Of a DNA stretch of 54,097 nucleotides, positions 43,800-54,097 are shown in pieces. This stretch comes from Chrysonvirus as5. Its lineage: Duplodnaviria > Heunggongvirae > Uroviricota > Caudoviricetes > Straboviridae. Under the pieces are notes generated by a model that searched no databases, was not told the origin of the DNA, and worked only from the letters and a program-made list of their open reading frames with translations. The position numbers were made by a program, and so were the translations under genes. Numbering within the stretch: position 1 is the stretch's first letter; each line of letters opens with the position of its first letter. The DNA lies in IMG/VR virus record IMGVR_UViG_650627007_000001, positions 171,172 through 225,268 of that record; one strand, written 5' to 3'.

Positions 43800-46700
43800 T
43801 GATTAAGGCACCCACTATTACCAGCTTGCGAGTTGCAAAGCTTGGTGCAAACTTTTTGCATCTTATTTGGGATGATGTGGGTTCTAACTTCTTCTATATC
43901 GTAGAATATTCCATTGACAACGGAAATGGAAATTATTCGTGGATTCAGCGCGGGGTCACACCAGACCCCGACTGGTTCGAAGATAGAATCCTTGCACCAA
44001 ATACAAAATATATTTTTAGAGTGTCAACCACATTCTCGGGATTCGAGCAATCGGATTGGGTTTATTCTGACGTACTGGAGACATTCGAAACAAACGCATA
44101 TTCGATCAGCACTATGTCTCAGTTCATTCCGAATAATGTGTTTGTGAAAAACAAATTGACCGATAACAAAGGTTATGTCAATTTTAACAAAGACCCCATC
44201 TATGCAACGTTGATGAATGAAAACTTTGTATATGATCCGGGCATTGCAAATATTACCAACATCGAAAACTTTATCGCTGCGGACGAAGAATCACATTTGA
44301 TCCAAGAGCAGGTAGAAAAGGTTTGCGTTAGCGTTGATCGCACATATCTCGGATATAAGGATGATGTTCTTTACACATTCGAGCGTTTCCAGAATATGGC
44401 TAAGGTATCTAACGACGGCGGTCAGAACTGGTGGTATTATCAAGCACTGACTGGACGAATTGGATATCCAGTTGCAAGGACTGTAATGTATCAGAACGCA
44501 AACAGTAGTTTCTTGCTGGGATATGATGATGTATTTTACGGACGTCAGTCTGATGAAATTCGATTCAGTAGCAATACACATTTCTGGTCAGATGATCAAA
44601 TCACTTTCGTTCGTATGGACGTCGATGCCAGTATCCCATTTAAGACTTTGGTATTTGGTCGATACACTTCATATCCAGACAACATTCGACGTAAGGTAGA
44701 AGCACAGGCCGCGAGTAATCAGTGGATCTATGCTGTAGCAGAAGACAATTTCCGTCGTATTCTCGTGAAAAACGCACCAATTGGTGACGACGGTAGCGGT
44801 AACACAGTTCGACTATGGGATCCAAATACATACAAAATCACAAATAATCCTCTTTGTGTTGTCAAGAAACTGGATGTATTCAAAGACAAATGCTATGCAT
44901 TAGTGACTGGTAAAGTTGCTACTATGGACACCGACCGTCGAGTTGAATCAAATATTCTTCCCGCTACAGAAGCTGGTATTTACCGTTTTGATGAAGTCTA
45001 TATTCCTGAGGTATTCAAGCTGGGAAATATTAACACCGGTGGATATACAGCGGGTATAGATTTTGATAAAATGCAAGTCACATTCGCAGGCGGAAGTCAT
45101 GCTGGTCAAGTAAGTACCTCATGGGAAAATCGCGTATTCAGAGGAAAGAACGGTGTTCAAATGACTGTTGCTAGAACTATTAGCAGCAAGAATAAAGACG
45201 CTTTTGTTTTTGATGCCGATTTGAAAGATACTGACGGTAATCTTGTTCAGTCAAAAGTCGATGCATTTAAAGCTGCATTCGCTAACCCGAATGAATTTGA
45301 ATTGATTATGCAAAACGGTGAGATCGTCGTTCCTGGAATTCCCAACGGTGGTTCTTGGGTTCGTGTGTTTGGTAATACCGAAAAAGAACGTGAGTCAATC
45401 GAACACAAATACAGTAACATGAGCACAGACGGAGAAAGAATTTTCGTTTCTTCTGCTGCTTATAAGTTTGATGAAACGGTAGTGGATGAAGATCTTCCAC
45501 TTGCTTATCCAGATGATGTTACATCCGCTGTGAAATATGCATCGGAATATCCTTATCTGAGCTATAAGCGTTTCCACTTCTACACATGGAAATCAGAAGA
45601 CGGAGAGAAATACGAAAGACGTCCTCAGACTTATTACAACGAGGCTAATTTCAGTTGGATGGCTACACTAGGACAACGCTGCTGGATTTCTCATGATAAC
45701 AAAGCCGTTGTTATTAATCCAAGAAAACTGCACACATATAGACTTGACCCAGACCTCAAACTGAATAAAGAAGTTTGGGATAAAGGGAATGTGAAATTCT
45801 ATCTGGAAAACGTCAAGTTTAGTGGTTTCACCCAATACTGTAACGGTATTATGATTCATAAAGGATATGATCGCGAACGTGCATCTGGCGGTGAAATTGT
45901 TGCTTATTACGAGTATCCATATCGAGTGCGTGATAACGCCACTATCGTTTGGAGACCGGAGTTAGTTGCAATTGAAGCAAATCTACAGAATCAAGAACGA
46001 GAACTTCCACCAGTTGTAGAAGAAGACAAGGGACTTGTTGACCCAGACCTTAGTCACTTTATCAGAACTATGGGACCAGAAGCATATTTTGGAGACGAAA
46101 GTAACTTTACCAAATTCGGTGAATATTACCTGCGTTATATCTCGGACGGAACTGAAACTTATTATAACAGATTGCTGAATCTGATCAAGAATAAGTATCC
46201 ACGCGAGGAAGACAACTTCCAATATTTGTGGTCTGAAATCAGAAAACGTAACATTTATTTGGATCAAGAGAAGCGCGACGCTGTTATTCGTTTCTTCGAA
46301 TCACAAGCGGCTAATTTCTATTCTTCGAAAGGAACTGCTGCTAGTTATAAGTTCTTGTTTAAGCTGTTATATGATGCTGATGTGGAAATCGAGATCGAGA
46401 GTTCAGTTGGTATCGATTATGATATTATCGTCAAATCTGGTAATGTCGATTCTAGCTTAGTAGGACGCACTATATACACTCCCACTGGTAGAGCTAATGT
46501 TACCTATGTCGAGCGTGTCTATGATAATGGCCTGCTTCGTTGGAAGATTACCATACACAACTTGATTGGTAAGTACGTCGAAGGACAGATCATCAAGTCT
46601 GAAACGTCTGCGTTTGAGGGTGAAATCGTTCGAGGTGTGACTGGTAAAGAACTTGCTTATTCCGATATTGATTATATCAACCGGAATCGCTCTTATTATG

Positions 46701-47290
46701 TCATGAAAATTCGAAGCGAATTAAACACTGCTAGATATCGTGATGACATTTTGAGATTTGTTCATCCTGTTGGTTTTGGTTTTATTGGTATCGCAATGCT
46801 GACTGTTTTTATTAACGGCGGTATTAGTATGGTGCCGCAACAAACGATGGTCGAGCTAAATAAGACATATCGTTGGGACTCGGGTTTACCGAGTGTAACA
46901 CCAAAACTGAAAACCAGTGTCGATCCTGATTCAAGTCTAGTTGACCCAGACCCGTTATTTCACGCAACGACTGGAGAGCTTGTAGAAGTTCAGCAACCAC
47001 AAACCGCGTTTGATATCGCAACGTGGCAGACAGCTAAAGATGAAAATGGCGTTGCTCACGGTGGTAGAAGTTATGATACCGATGAAACAAACGTAACGTG
47101 GAATGGAGTTGTTTATAAGCCGTCACAAAGACGACTTGAATGGAGTCCATTGTTTAGTGATTTCAGTACCAGATTCAGTGATTATCGCAGACTGGTAGAA
47201 TTGAGATTGAAAGACGACTTAAAAGAACCCCGCGATGTTAGTCGTTTGACAAGTCTCAAGGAAGCGACACAAATTAGAATTGGAGAATAA
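43799..47290 (+). CDS. 7: gp7 baseplate wedge initiator
   Basis: N-term KAP.ITSLRV.KL.AN...L.WDDVG.NFFY.VE; KGT..SYKFLFKLLY; HPVGFGF. Confidence 0.95.
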   Translation: MIKAPTITSLRVAKLGANFLHLIWDDVGSNFFYIVEYSIDNGNGNYSWIQRGVTPDPDWFEDRILAPNTKYIFRVSTTFSGFEQSDWVYSDVLETFETNAYSISTMSQFIPNNVFVKNKLTDNKGYVNFNKDPIYATLMNENFVYDPGIANITNIENFIAADEESHLIQEQVEKVCVSVDRTYLGYKDDVLYTFERFQNMAKVSNDGGQNWWYYQALTGRIGYPVARTVMYQNANSSFLLGYDDVFYGRQSDEIRFSSNTHFWSDDQITFVRMDVDASIPFKTLVFGRYTSYPDNIRRKVEAQAASNQWIYAVAEDNFRRILVKNAPIGDDGSGNTVRLWDPNTYKITNNPLCVVKKLDVFKDKCYALVTGKVATMDTDRRVESNILPATEAGIYRFDEVYIPEVFKLGNINTGGYTAGIDFDKMQVTFAGGSHAGQVSTSWENRVFRGKNGVQMTVARTISSKNKDAFVFDADLKDTDGNLVQSKVDAFKAAFANPNEFELIMQNGEIVVPGIPNGGSWVRVFGNTEKERESIEHKYSNMSTDGERIFVSSAAYKFDETVVDEDLPLAYPDDVTSAVKYASEYPYLSYKRFHFYTWKSEDGEKYERRPQTYYNEANFSWMATLGQRCWISHDNKAVVINPRKLHTYRLDPDLKLNKEVWDKGNVKFYLENVKFSGFTQYCNGIMIHKGYDRERASGGEIVAYYEYPYRVRDNATIVWRPELVAIEANLQNQERELPPVVEEDKGLVDPDLSHFIRTMGPEAYFGDESNFTKFGEYYLRYISDGTETYYNRLLNLIKNKYPREEDNFQYLWSEIRKRNIYLDQEKRDAVIRFFESQAANFYSSKGTAASYKFLFKLLYDADVEIEIESSVGIDYDIIVKSGNVDSSLVGRTIYTPTGRANVTYVERVYDNGLLRWKITIHNLIGKYVEGQIIKSETSAFEGEIVRGVTGKELAYSDIDYINRNRSYYVMKIRSELNTARYRDDILRFVHPVGFGFIGIAMLTVFINGGISMVPQQTMVELNKTYRWDSGLPSVTPKLKTSVDPDSSLVDPDPLFHATTGELVEVQQPQTAFDIATWQTAKDENGVAHGGRSYDTDETNVTWNGVVYKPSQRRLEWSPLFSDFSTRFSDYRRLVELRLKDDLKEPRDVSRLTSLKEATQIRIGE

Positions 47291-47291
47291 A

Positions 47292-48278
47292 ATGTCCTCG
47301 ATCATTTATCGTTCGATAGTAACAAATAAGTTTAGAACTGAAAACCTTCTAAACTTTTATAACTCGATCGGTGATGAAGCAGGCAAACACACAATCTATA
47401 CAACATTTGGCCGCCCAGATAAATGGGCGGACAATGAAACAGATTCGAAGTTTGCTCCGCCATATCCCGACGACTCAGTAGAAGGTATTGCCGATGTTTG
47501 GTCGCGTATGCTTGGTGCTGTGAAAATTCAACAAGAAATGTTAAGACCTGTTGTTCCTCGTGATGACTGGGGAGATCAGCGTTATTCTGATCCGTTTACA
47601 CACCACATTGGTGATATTGTTGTAACTAACAGCGCACCGTATAACAGAACTGAAATCGGTAGCGGTTGGATGGTATATCGTTGCGTTGACGTTCCAGAAG
47701 TTGGTCAATGTAGCATTAAGACTATTACCGAGAAAGGCGCGTGTATGAAAATCGGCGGCAAGTGGACACCGAGTCGTGAATCATTGCTGCCTGTAGGCAA
47801 GAGTGATGGTGTAGATATGAAAGATGGATACATCTGGGAATATCTATATACGATTCCGCCTGATGTCGCAATTAACGAATGCACTAACGAGCATATCGTT
47901 GTTCCTACTCCACAGGAGCTTATTGCTAATCCTACTCGGTGGGGTTATCAGCACGTTCTGAAATGGTATCCAGCTAAGTATGATGTCATTTTTAGAATGA
48001 AATGTCATACGCTGCGGTTTAGAGCTTATATCGACTCGATCTATTTTAAAGAAGCGTCGATGGTAGGTAATAAAGGTTTCCGTCAACTTAGTGTTATTCT
48101 TGACCCTATTTTAACAAAATCAAATCCAGCGGCAGCAGATGTAAAAGCAACGGCGGCAAATTATTTGCCCTCTCAGCTTGAGCGGCATTCTGGTGAAATG
48201 ATATACATGGAAAACAGACAACCGATTATTCGTTCTAGAGATCAGACCGAAGAATTTAACTTGATTTTCGAGTTTTAA
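47292..48278 (+). CDS. 8: gp8 baseplate wedge subunit
   Basis: IYRSIVT.KFRTEN, WEYLYTIPPDV, MENRQPI.R..DQTEE. Confidence 0.96.
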   Translation: MSSIIYRSIVTNKFRTENLLNFYNSIGDEAGKHTIYTTFGRPDKWADNETDSKFAPPYPDDSVEGIADVWSRMLGAVKIQQEMLRPVVPRDDWGDQRYSDPFTHHIGDIVVTNSAPYNRTEIGSGWMVYRCVDVPEVGQCSIKTITEKGACMKIGGKWTPSRESLLPVGKSDGVDMKDGYIWEYLYTIPPDVAINECTNEHIVVPTPQELIANPTRWGYQHVLKWYPAKYDVIFRMKCHTLRFRAYIDSIYFKEASMVGNKGFRQLSVILDPILTKSNPAAADVKATAANYLPSQLERHSGEMIYMENRQPIIRSRDQTEEFNLIFEF

Positions 48279-48280
48279 TT

Positions 48281-48304
48281 AAGCCACCTTCGGGTGGCTT
48301 TTTT
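48281..48304 (+). terminator. Intrinsic terminator
   Basis: gccacc-ttcg-ggtggc plus T6. Confidence 0.9.
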
Positions 48305-48317
48305 GCAGGCGAAATTG

Positions 48318-48324
48318 CTAAATA
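48318..48324 (+). promoter_or_regulatory. Late promoter CTAAATA (gene 9)
   Basis: Motif upstream of AGGAG RBS. Confidence 0.8.
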
Positions 48325-48347
48325 TGTTATAGACAAAGGAGAACAAA

Positions 48348-49274
48348 ATGCAACAAACCAAATTATTGATTGATACGGGTGAAGAAGGTGTGGAAGGCAC
48401 CGGTGATACCCTGTATCAAGGTGGCACTTCTCTAAACAGAAATTTGAACAGCGTTTATAATGTTTTTGGTGATTATAGACAATTCAAATCTGATGCTGGA
48501 CAAGGCAACCAAATAATGCTGCTACATGCTGGCGGATATTATCAGAAACATTCTCGCGCATATTATGCGGGAGCAGAAAACCCAAGTGGAAGTCCTGTTG
48601 AATTTGGGTCACTACACGATCTGTCTGTTACCAGAGACGGTGCTGGAGATCTAGTTGTTACATTGCCAGCTGGTAATAACCACGCGGGAGAATACGTCCA
48701 TTTCATTAATACCGATGGAACAGTTGGCGTAGGAACAGGCAAAGAAGTTATTATTCGTGTTAGCGGATCCGGTGATAGTATTGGGTCACTTGGAACACAG
48801 ATGAAAATCCAGAAGTCCTATTTCTCAATTCGATTCTGGGTAGATAAAGCGAGTCCTACAGGCTCACACTGGAGCTATAAAGTTGAGAGTTTGTTCGGAG
48901 ATGGCTCCGTTCCATATAATAGCGTCATTAGCAATATCGGCACTGGTGTTACTAAAGATATTCCGCTATTCAATAAGTTTCAATATAACAGCGTGAAGCA
49001 TATGGTATTTGTTACCGAGCGTGGTAATAACATCCAACAAGAGGCAAGCGAAGTTTTGGTGCTCGTAAATAACAGCAACCCAAACGACAATAACGTTTAT
49101 TCTACCGAGTATGCTCGTATCAGAACAAAAGATACCGCCAATTCGAAAGATAATTTGCTGTACGAAACCGAATATAAGATCGTTAGCGGAGTCGTGAGAA
49201 TGTATGTAAAAAATATCGGATCAACTGCAATTGACGTAACAGTTAAAGCAATTGAGTCCATCGGAGGACAATAA
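48348..49274 (+). CDS. 9: gp9 baseplate wedge tail fiber connector
   Basis: IDTG..G..GTGD.LY.GG, HA.GYYQK, STEYA. Confidence 0.92.
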   Translation: MQQTKLLIDTGEEGVEGTGDTLYQGGTSLNRNLNSVYNVFGDYRQFKSDAGQGNQIMLLHAGGYYQKHSRAYYAGAENPSGSPVEFGSLHDLSVTRDGAGDLVVTLPAGNNHAGEYVHFINTDGTVGVGTGKEVIIRVSGSGDSIGSLGTQMKIQKSYFSIRFWVDKASPTGSHWSYKVESLFGDGSVPYNSVISNIGTGVTKDIPLFNKFQYNSVKHMVFVTERGNNIQQEASEVLVLVNNSNPNDNNVYSTEYARIRTKDTANSKDNLLYETEYKIVSGVVRMYVKNIGSTAIDVTVKAIESIGGQ

Positions 49275-51427
49275 TGAGTAAGCAAACGATTGTTATCGGT
49301 AATGCTGTTGATGACGGTACCGGCGACTACATGCGTCGTGGTGGACAAAAAATTAACAGCAACTTTACCGAATTATATGGGGAGCTGGGCGACGGTGCTG
49401 TTCCTCATGCTGCTGGTGCGTGGAAGCGTTATTCTACAGTAGGCACACCGCTAACTGTTACTTTCGGTAAGTCGTACACCATCGACACAACCGGAGGACA
49501 AATTACTGTTAACTTGCCGGCTGGTAAGCCATCTGATTACGGCAAAGTAATTAGACTTCGTGACGTAAATGGCTCATGGGCAACTAATCCAGTCAACTTA
49601 GTTCCTGGTGGTACTGATACAGTAAAAGGAACAACAAAAAAGCACAAGCTTTGGAAAAACTACCTTGATGCTGAATTAGTATATTGCAGTCCTGGTAAAT
49701 GGGAATATGCGGATAATAAGCGCGTTAACGGTATTAGCACTGCAAACGGAGCCACTGTAGCGCGTCGCGAAATTATCGCAACTGCTGGTCAAACTGATTT
49801 CTCTGATATTTTCGAATCTAGCTATAACCCAGGCGCTTTGGAAGTATATCGTCGCGGTAACTTGCTATATTACGGCGATAAAGTTGGAGCAAACACCGAC
49901 TATGGTTCAATGACGATTAGAACTCCTGTTGCTAGTAATGTAACTATTACCGGTGGCACAAAGAATGGTACCGTTGGATATGCAAACGGAGTCGTCGGTA
50001 CTATTAGCGCAACTGCTAATAAAGTCGAAGGACTTGTTATCGTTGATTTTAAGGCAGAAGTTGCGACAAATACCGTTATTCTGCAATTCTCAAACGGTGC
50101 TCGCCCTATGGAGTCGAACGTAATTACGGTCACTCAAAACGGCAGTATTTGGTTCCTGCAATATGATGCTAGTCGCACTGCGTATATTGGCGTTTATTCA
50201 GATCTGAGAACTAAGCTGGCATCTACCGCAAGTCAAACATATTCTGTTTCTGTATACAGACTGAATACACTAGACGGCTACTCCATTCGATTGGCAGAGC
50301 CCTGTGAAGCGGGAGACGTTGTTACCATAGTTACCTACTTAGACGGTATTGCCTCTTATCGTAGCTCATACCAACGCTATACATTGCGCGTTTATGATGA
50401 AAAGCTAACGACAGAAGATATCACAACTGTTCCGGGGCAACGTTGGGTTGGAGATCTTGAGAAGAAATCACGCTTTAGTCTGAACGATTTCGACTTGCTA
50501 GAGAATGAGACATATAATCCATTTAGTCTTGAAATTGTTCTTAACGGACGCACACTGACTCGCGCGGGCGAAGGCGATTTGCCAGCCTTTATTTGTGAAG
50601 GTGCTAACGCGACAACTGAAAGCGCGTGTATTGCTCAAGGTGGTGCATGGGTAGCTTCTGGTGGTGACTATTCAACTGTTACCGATTTGAATGATCGTTA
50701 TCGCGAATTTGTCATTAATGAGCCGTTGAGTCACAAAGATATTATTACGATTCGTTGGTACAATAATGACATCGGAACAACATTAGACTGGGACGGCGAT
50801 GGCGGTATTCAAGAAAAAGCGGATGCTCGTTATATTGTGTCGGAAGATACATTTACCCGTCAAGGCAAGATTATGTATACCGACGTTTCTAATCCAAGTG
50901 CATCGACTGCTGTTGCAGATCCAGAAGTAGAAAGCGCGATTCGTTTTACAAACGTTCCTAGCTTGTTGGAGTCGATTTATCCAGTTGGATCGATTTATAC
51001 AAATGCGAATAATCCAAACAACCCTAAGACATATATGGGATTTGGTGAATGGCGCAGATTTGGTCAAGGTCGAGTTATGGTTTCTTGGAATGAAGATAAT
51101 CCTAACGATCCTAATTTCGGTCTGAATACAAACGATAAAGACGTAAATGGAAACCCGCGTCACTCTGCTGGTAATACTGGTGGGACAACAACAAACACAC
51201 TAGGCATTTCGAATATTCCGCCGATTACATCAAGCGAAAAAGCTTTGATTGTTGATCCGGTTGGTGATGTTCTTGTTGGTGGATGCCAATTTGACCCAGA
51301 TGATCAGGGACCTGGTTTCAAACGCTATCGTGAAGATTTGGTAAAAGCGCGTCCAAATGAAATTGCGCTACCTGTTAATAACTTGCAACCGTATATTACG
51401 GTTCATATGTGGATAAGGGTTCTATAA
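49274..51427 (+). CDS. 10: gp10 baseplate wedge subunit and tail pin
   Basis: IGNAVDDGTGDYMRRGG.KIN, IYPVGSIY.N, NLQPYITV..WIRV. Confidence 0.95.
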   Translation: MSKQTIVIGNAVDDGTGDYMRRGGQKINSNFTELYGELGDGAVPHAAGAWKRYSTVGTPLTVTFGKSYTIDTTGGQITVNLPAGKPSDYGKVIRLRDVNGSWATNPVNLVPGGTDTVKGTTKKHKLWKNYLDAELVYCSPGKWEYADNKRVNGISTANGATVARREIIATAGQTDFSDIFESSYNPGALEVYRRGNLLYYGDKVGANTDYGSMTIRTPVASNVTITGGTKNGTVGYANGVVGTISATANKVEGLVIVDFKAEVATNTVILQFSNGARPMESNVITVTQNGSIWFLQYDASRTAYIGVYSDLRTKLASTASQTYSVSVYRLNTLDGYSIRLAEPCEAGDVVTIVTYLDGIASYRSSYQRYTLRVYDEKLTTEDITTVPGQRWVGDLEKKSRFSLNDFDLLENETYNPFSLEIVLNGRTLTRAGEGDLPAFICEGANATTESACIAQGGAWVASGGDYSTVTDLNDRYREFVINEPLSHKDIITIRWYNNDIGTTLDWDGDGGIQEKADARYIVSEDTFTRQGKIMYTDVSNPSASTAVADPEVESAIRFTNVPSLLESIYPVGSIYTNANNPNNPKTYMGFGEWRRFGQGRVMVSWNEDNPNDPNFGLNTNDKDVNGNPRHSAGNTGGTTTNTLGISNIPPITSSEKALIVDPVGDVLVGGCQFDPDDQGPGFKRYREDLVKARPNEIALPVNNLQPYITVHMWIRVL

Positions 51428-52402
51428 ATGATCAACATTTATCAACAACCGGCATCGGTAACTTTTGCATTCGGCTCGCGTTTTAGTTTTTTCGTTGGTG
51501 CTGATACAGATATCGATACCGGATATGTGACTTATAGCTGGGAGTGGACTGCTCCCGGCACTGCGAACTGGGCGGCAATTCAACACCCATCCGCTAAATT
51601 GATGACGGTAGTTATTCTTCCGTCTATGACTGGTCCGTATGATACAAATGACTTCCGTTGCGTTGTTACTGAGTTTAATAACTTGGGAGTTAAGCAGAGT
51701 GAAATCATTACGGAAGTTGTTAAAGGCGTTAAGTTTGACGGCAGAACAACTATTTCGGTAACTAAGACAACTGACGCACCTCGCATTCGTTCCAGAATGT
51801 CTAGACATTCTGAATTCGAAATGCATCCATCGTTGGCAAATACATTCTTGAGTGATAATATTGGTCTAGCGACATTACAAGACGCGGAAGACAATATTAC
51901 ACACCCGAACGTTCAAAGCGCGATTGTCGATATTGCTGATGGTATGACTATGCCGGTTGGAGCCGTTATCATCGAACGTAAGAATAACGATCCGAGCGGT
52001 AAAGCACAACAAACCATTTTGCAGTTTGACGGTACAATTGCTGCTCCAATCGGAGATACAAACGCCGTTCTTAACGTGTTTGGTCGTCGCGTTGTAATTG
52101 CTGATAAAGCGATTGCGGCTCAGGTTAAAGATCAAGTTCTGACGATTCTAGCAGATTTCGAAAATAAGGGTCTGTATGTTAAGAACGTAAGTTCTTTGTC
52201 TGCTACTTCTATTTCATTTGACCATAGAGATCATAAGCAACATGTTCCTCCTACTTGGACACAATATGGTGTCACAATGACTGGATTGGTTGGATCTCCT
52301 GCTGCACGTGGTTATGGTCAGTGGCAGAAATTCGCAGAAACGAATATTACTGGTACAGATTCCACTGTATCTAAACTGTATTACTGGGAGAGAATTTCGT
52401 GA
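51428..52402 (+). CDS. 11: gp11 baseplate wedge subunit with N-terminal Ig-like extension
   Basis: SR.SRHSEF, ITHPNVQSAI, MPVGAVI, YYWER; extra ~105 aa N-terminal. Confidence 0.85.
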   Translation: MINIYQQPASVTFAFGSRFSFFVGADTDIDTGYVTYSWEWTAPGTANWAAIQHPSAKLMTVVILPSMTGPYDTNDFRCVVTEFNNLGVKQSEIITEVVKGVKFDGRTTISVTKTTDAPRIRSRMSRHSEFEMHPSLANTFLSDNIGLATLQDAEDNITHPNVQSAIVDIADGMTMPVGAVIIERKNNDPSGKAQQTILQFDGTIAAPIGDTNAVLNVFGRRVVIADKAIAAQVKDQVLTILADFENKGLYVKNVSSLSATSISFDHRDHKQHVPPTWTQYGVTMTGLVGSPAARGYGQWQKFAETNITGTDSTVSKLYYWERIS

Positions 52403-53718
52403 GCGATATTAGAACAAACAACATCGCGCAGCATATTAGCTCTAAAGCGGGGTCGGTTGTATTCGACCCCACACATGCTCCTGCGTTTGATAGTACAATT
52501 ACTGATTTACAAAAATTGGGAAATAAGATTGATGCTCATGCAACAAAAGCATTACCGATTGCTACTGAAACAGCACAAGGGATAGGTGAGCTGGCAACAG
52601 TGGACGAAGTTTTATTGGGAAACGATAAGACTCGTTTGGTAACTCCATACACTTTGCATCAGAAATGGGTTAGACCTAATGCAAGTGACACGATTTATGG
52701 ATTAGTGAGATATAACACGGTAGCTGAACGTGCCGAGGCCTCCGCGAAAATAGATGTAGCTGTGAACACTGCCACTCTATGGGACGTGGTACGCAACCAA
52801 GCGACTTCCAGCGAGTCCAAACGCGGGTCTATCAGTATATCCACTCTAACAGCGGCTAAAGCTGGCGTAGACGACACAACAGCGATGACTCCTGCGAAAG
52901 TTAAAGCGGCAATTGATACATTTGCGGTGACTAGCGTTAACGGCGCAACTGAATCGGTAGCTGGTATTGTGAAGAACAGTCCAGCACTCATTACCAACTC
53001 CGCGTTGCATAACGGATATGCTGTAACTCCGCAGGGATTCATTGCGACTCGCGCTCTTGAAAACCGAGTCGGAACAGTTAGATTCGCAACTCAAGCAGAA
53101 GCTAATGCAAGAACTGCTACTGATCTGGCAGTGAGTCCAGCGCGTCTGCCAATCGCGAGCGATACACAATTCGGTATTACCGCGCTATTGCACAATCCCC
53201 AAAACGGAGCAACAAATAAAGCATTATCCGCACATGGAGCAACTCTGTTTATTAACAGAAACGGAGATACCATGAGTGGTACACTAACTGTTGCAAATAT
53301 TCTGACCAACGTTGGACAAAACGGAGCTGGCAATGCTTTGACTCGCAAGGACTACGTTGACGGATTATTCAATCAGAAGGCAAATCTTAGTCACTCACAC
53401 GCAACACCAACGGAAACATGGACTCAGATTTGGGGCGGTCCTTTAGATAGGGGCGATTTCAAAACGAATCAACCTTGGTGGAACTTTGATGCACTCGTTA
53501 TTGAAAGTTCACGCGATGGCGGATCTTGGTTTAATACCATGGAAATTAGCAAATCTCAAATTCAGAATATGCAAAATCTGTATCCAAACTTTAACTTGGT
53601 ATCAGCTCAAGAATATTACTGGTTTGGTAAGTTTGCTGCCGATGGTATGTATTTCCACACTCACAATGAGAACTGTTATCTGTGGAGAATCTACGGAGTT
53701 AACAAATCTTGGAGCTAA
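52399..53718 (+). CDS. 12: gp12 short tail fiber
   Basis: NNIAQHIS, TDLQK, ATE...GI..LAT..EV repeats, G.VR.AT..EA. Confidence 0.92.
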   Translation: MSDIRTNNIAQHISSKAGSVVFDPTHAPAFDSTITDLQKLGNKIDAHATKALPIATETAQGIGELATVDEVLLGNDKTRLVTPYTLHQKWVRPNASDTIYGLVRYNTVAERAEASAKIDVAVNTATLWDVVRNQATSSESKRGSISISTLTAAKAGVDDTTAMTPAKVKAAIDTFAVTSVNGATESVAGIVKNSPALITNSALHNGYAVTPQGFIATRALENRVGTVRFATQAEANARTATDLAVSPARLPIASDTQFGITALLHNPQNGATNKALSAHGATLFINRNGDTMSGTLTVANILTNVGQNGAGNALTRKDYVDGLFNQKANLSHSHATPTETWTQIWGGPLDRGDFKTNQPWWNFDALVIESSRDGGSWFNTMEISKSQIQNMQNLYPNFNLVSAQEYYWFGKFAADGMYFHTHNENCYLWRIYGVNKSWS

Positions 53719-53721
53719 TCG

Positions 53722-53728
53722 CTAAATA
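53722..53728 (+). promoter_or_regulatory. Late promoter CTAAATA (wac)
   Basis: Motif upstream of wac. Confidence 0.75.
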
Positions 53729-53762
53729 TTAGCATTAGTATATCAAACTATAAGGGTGAATA

Positions 53763-54097
53763 ATGGCTATCGAAAAAGTAAACCAGTCACAATTACCGTT
53801 TGTCGATGGCGTTCCTGCTGTTGGACAAGCAAGAATTGACTGGATTCAAAACGGTGAATATACCGACGGTGCTGTTAGCGCCACTGATAATGGTGGCGCC
53901 CTTAACCGAGCTTCGGTTAAGGTACAGAAAAACGTCGATACTGTAAACACCGAATTAAACAAAACAAAAGACTCTCTGGGAAAAACTATTGATTTAGTAG
54001 AAGCCCATGACAAGATTATCAACGCACTTGGAGACGGTACCAATCTATATGATCGCGTTACCGCAGTTGAGGGAGTCAATAAGACACAACAAGATCG
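53763..54097 (+). CDS. wac: Fibritin neck whiskers, 5' part (truncated by window; not in ORF track)
   Basis: MAIEKVNQSQLPFVDGVP..GQARIDWIQNGE..DGA...GALNRASV.VQKNV. Confidence 0.9.
   Translation, partial: MAIEKVNQSQLPFVDGVPAVGQARIDWIQNGEYTDGAVSATDNGGALNRASVKVQKNVDTVNTELNKTKDSLGKTIDLVEAHDKIINALGDGTNLYDRVTAVEGVNKTQQD

Noticed and set aside
43799-51427. gp7 and gp10 longer than the T4 orthologs
   Set aside because: Insertions are visible but I could not assign domains; length variation is common among T4-like phages.
1-54097. Integrase, transposase or prophage boundary; NAD+ salvage genes linked to the PARP/ARH pair
   Set aside because: No such ORF recognised in this window; NAD genes may lie elsewhere.

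Overview
A 54-kb segment of a large lytic T4-like myophage genome. The late promoter variant CTAAATA, the gene order and a PARP-like gene suggest an Aeh1-type Aeromonas phage; this is inference, with no database search run. (1) 1-18.8 kb, minus strand, accessory region: a >968-aa protein missed by the ORF track with a PARP-type ADP-ribosyltransferase motif, an adjacent ADP-ribosylglycohydrolase, a DUF2828 (TROVE/Ro60-related + vWA) protein, thymidine kinase and many small hypothetical ORFs. (2) About 9.9-28.3 kb, minus strand: 24 recognisable tRNA genes (19 amino acids, no Val), several aberrant tRNA-like RNAs, a family of structured RNAs sharing a helix-TT(Y)CAGCAA / AAAAG-helix module, and an HNH gene. 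(3) 28.3-54.1 kb, morphogenesis: 57B, 57A, 1, 3, 29, 51, 26, 54, 2, 4 on minus; 48, 53, 27, 5, PAAR, 25, 6-12 and the start of wac on plus. Best novel candidates: a phage Ro60-like protein with its own Y-like RNA family (including tRNA scaffolds carrying the module in the anticodon loop), a PARP-like writer plus ARH eraser pair, and a -1 frameshift joining gp26 to gp51 ahead of the tape-measure gene. All alignments and folds were done by eye.
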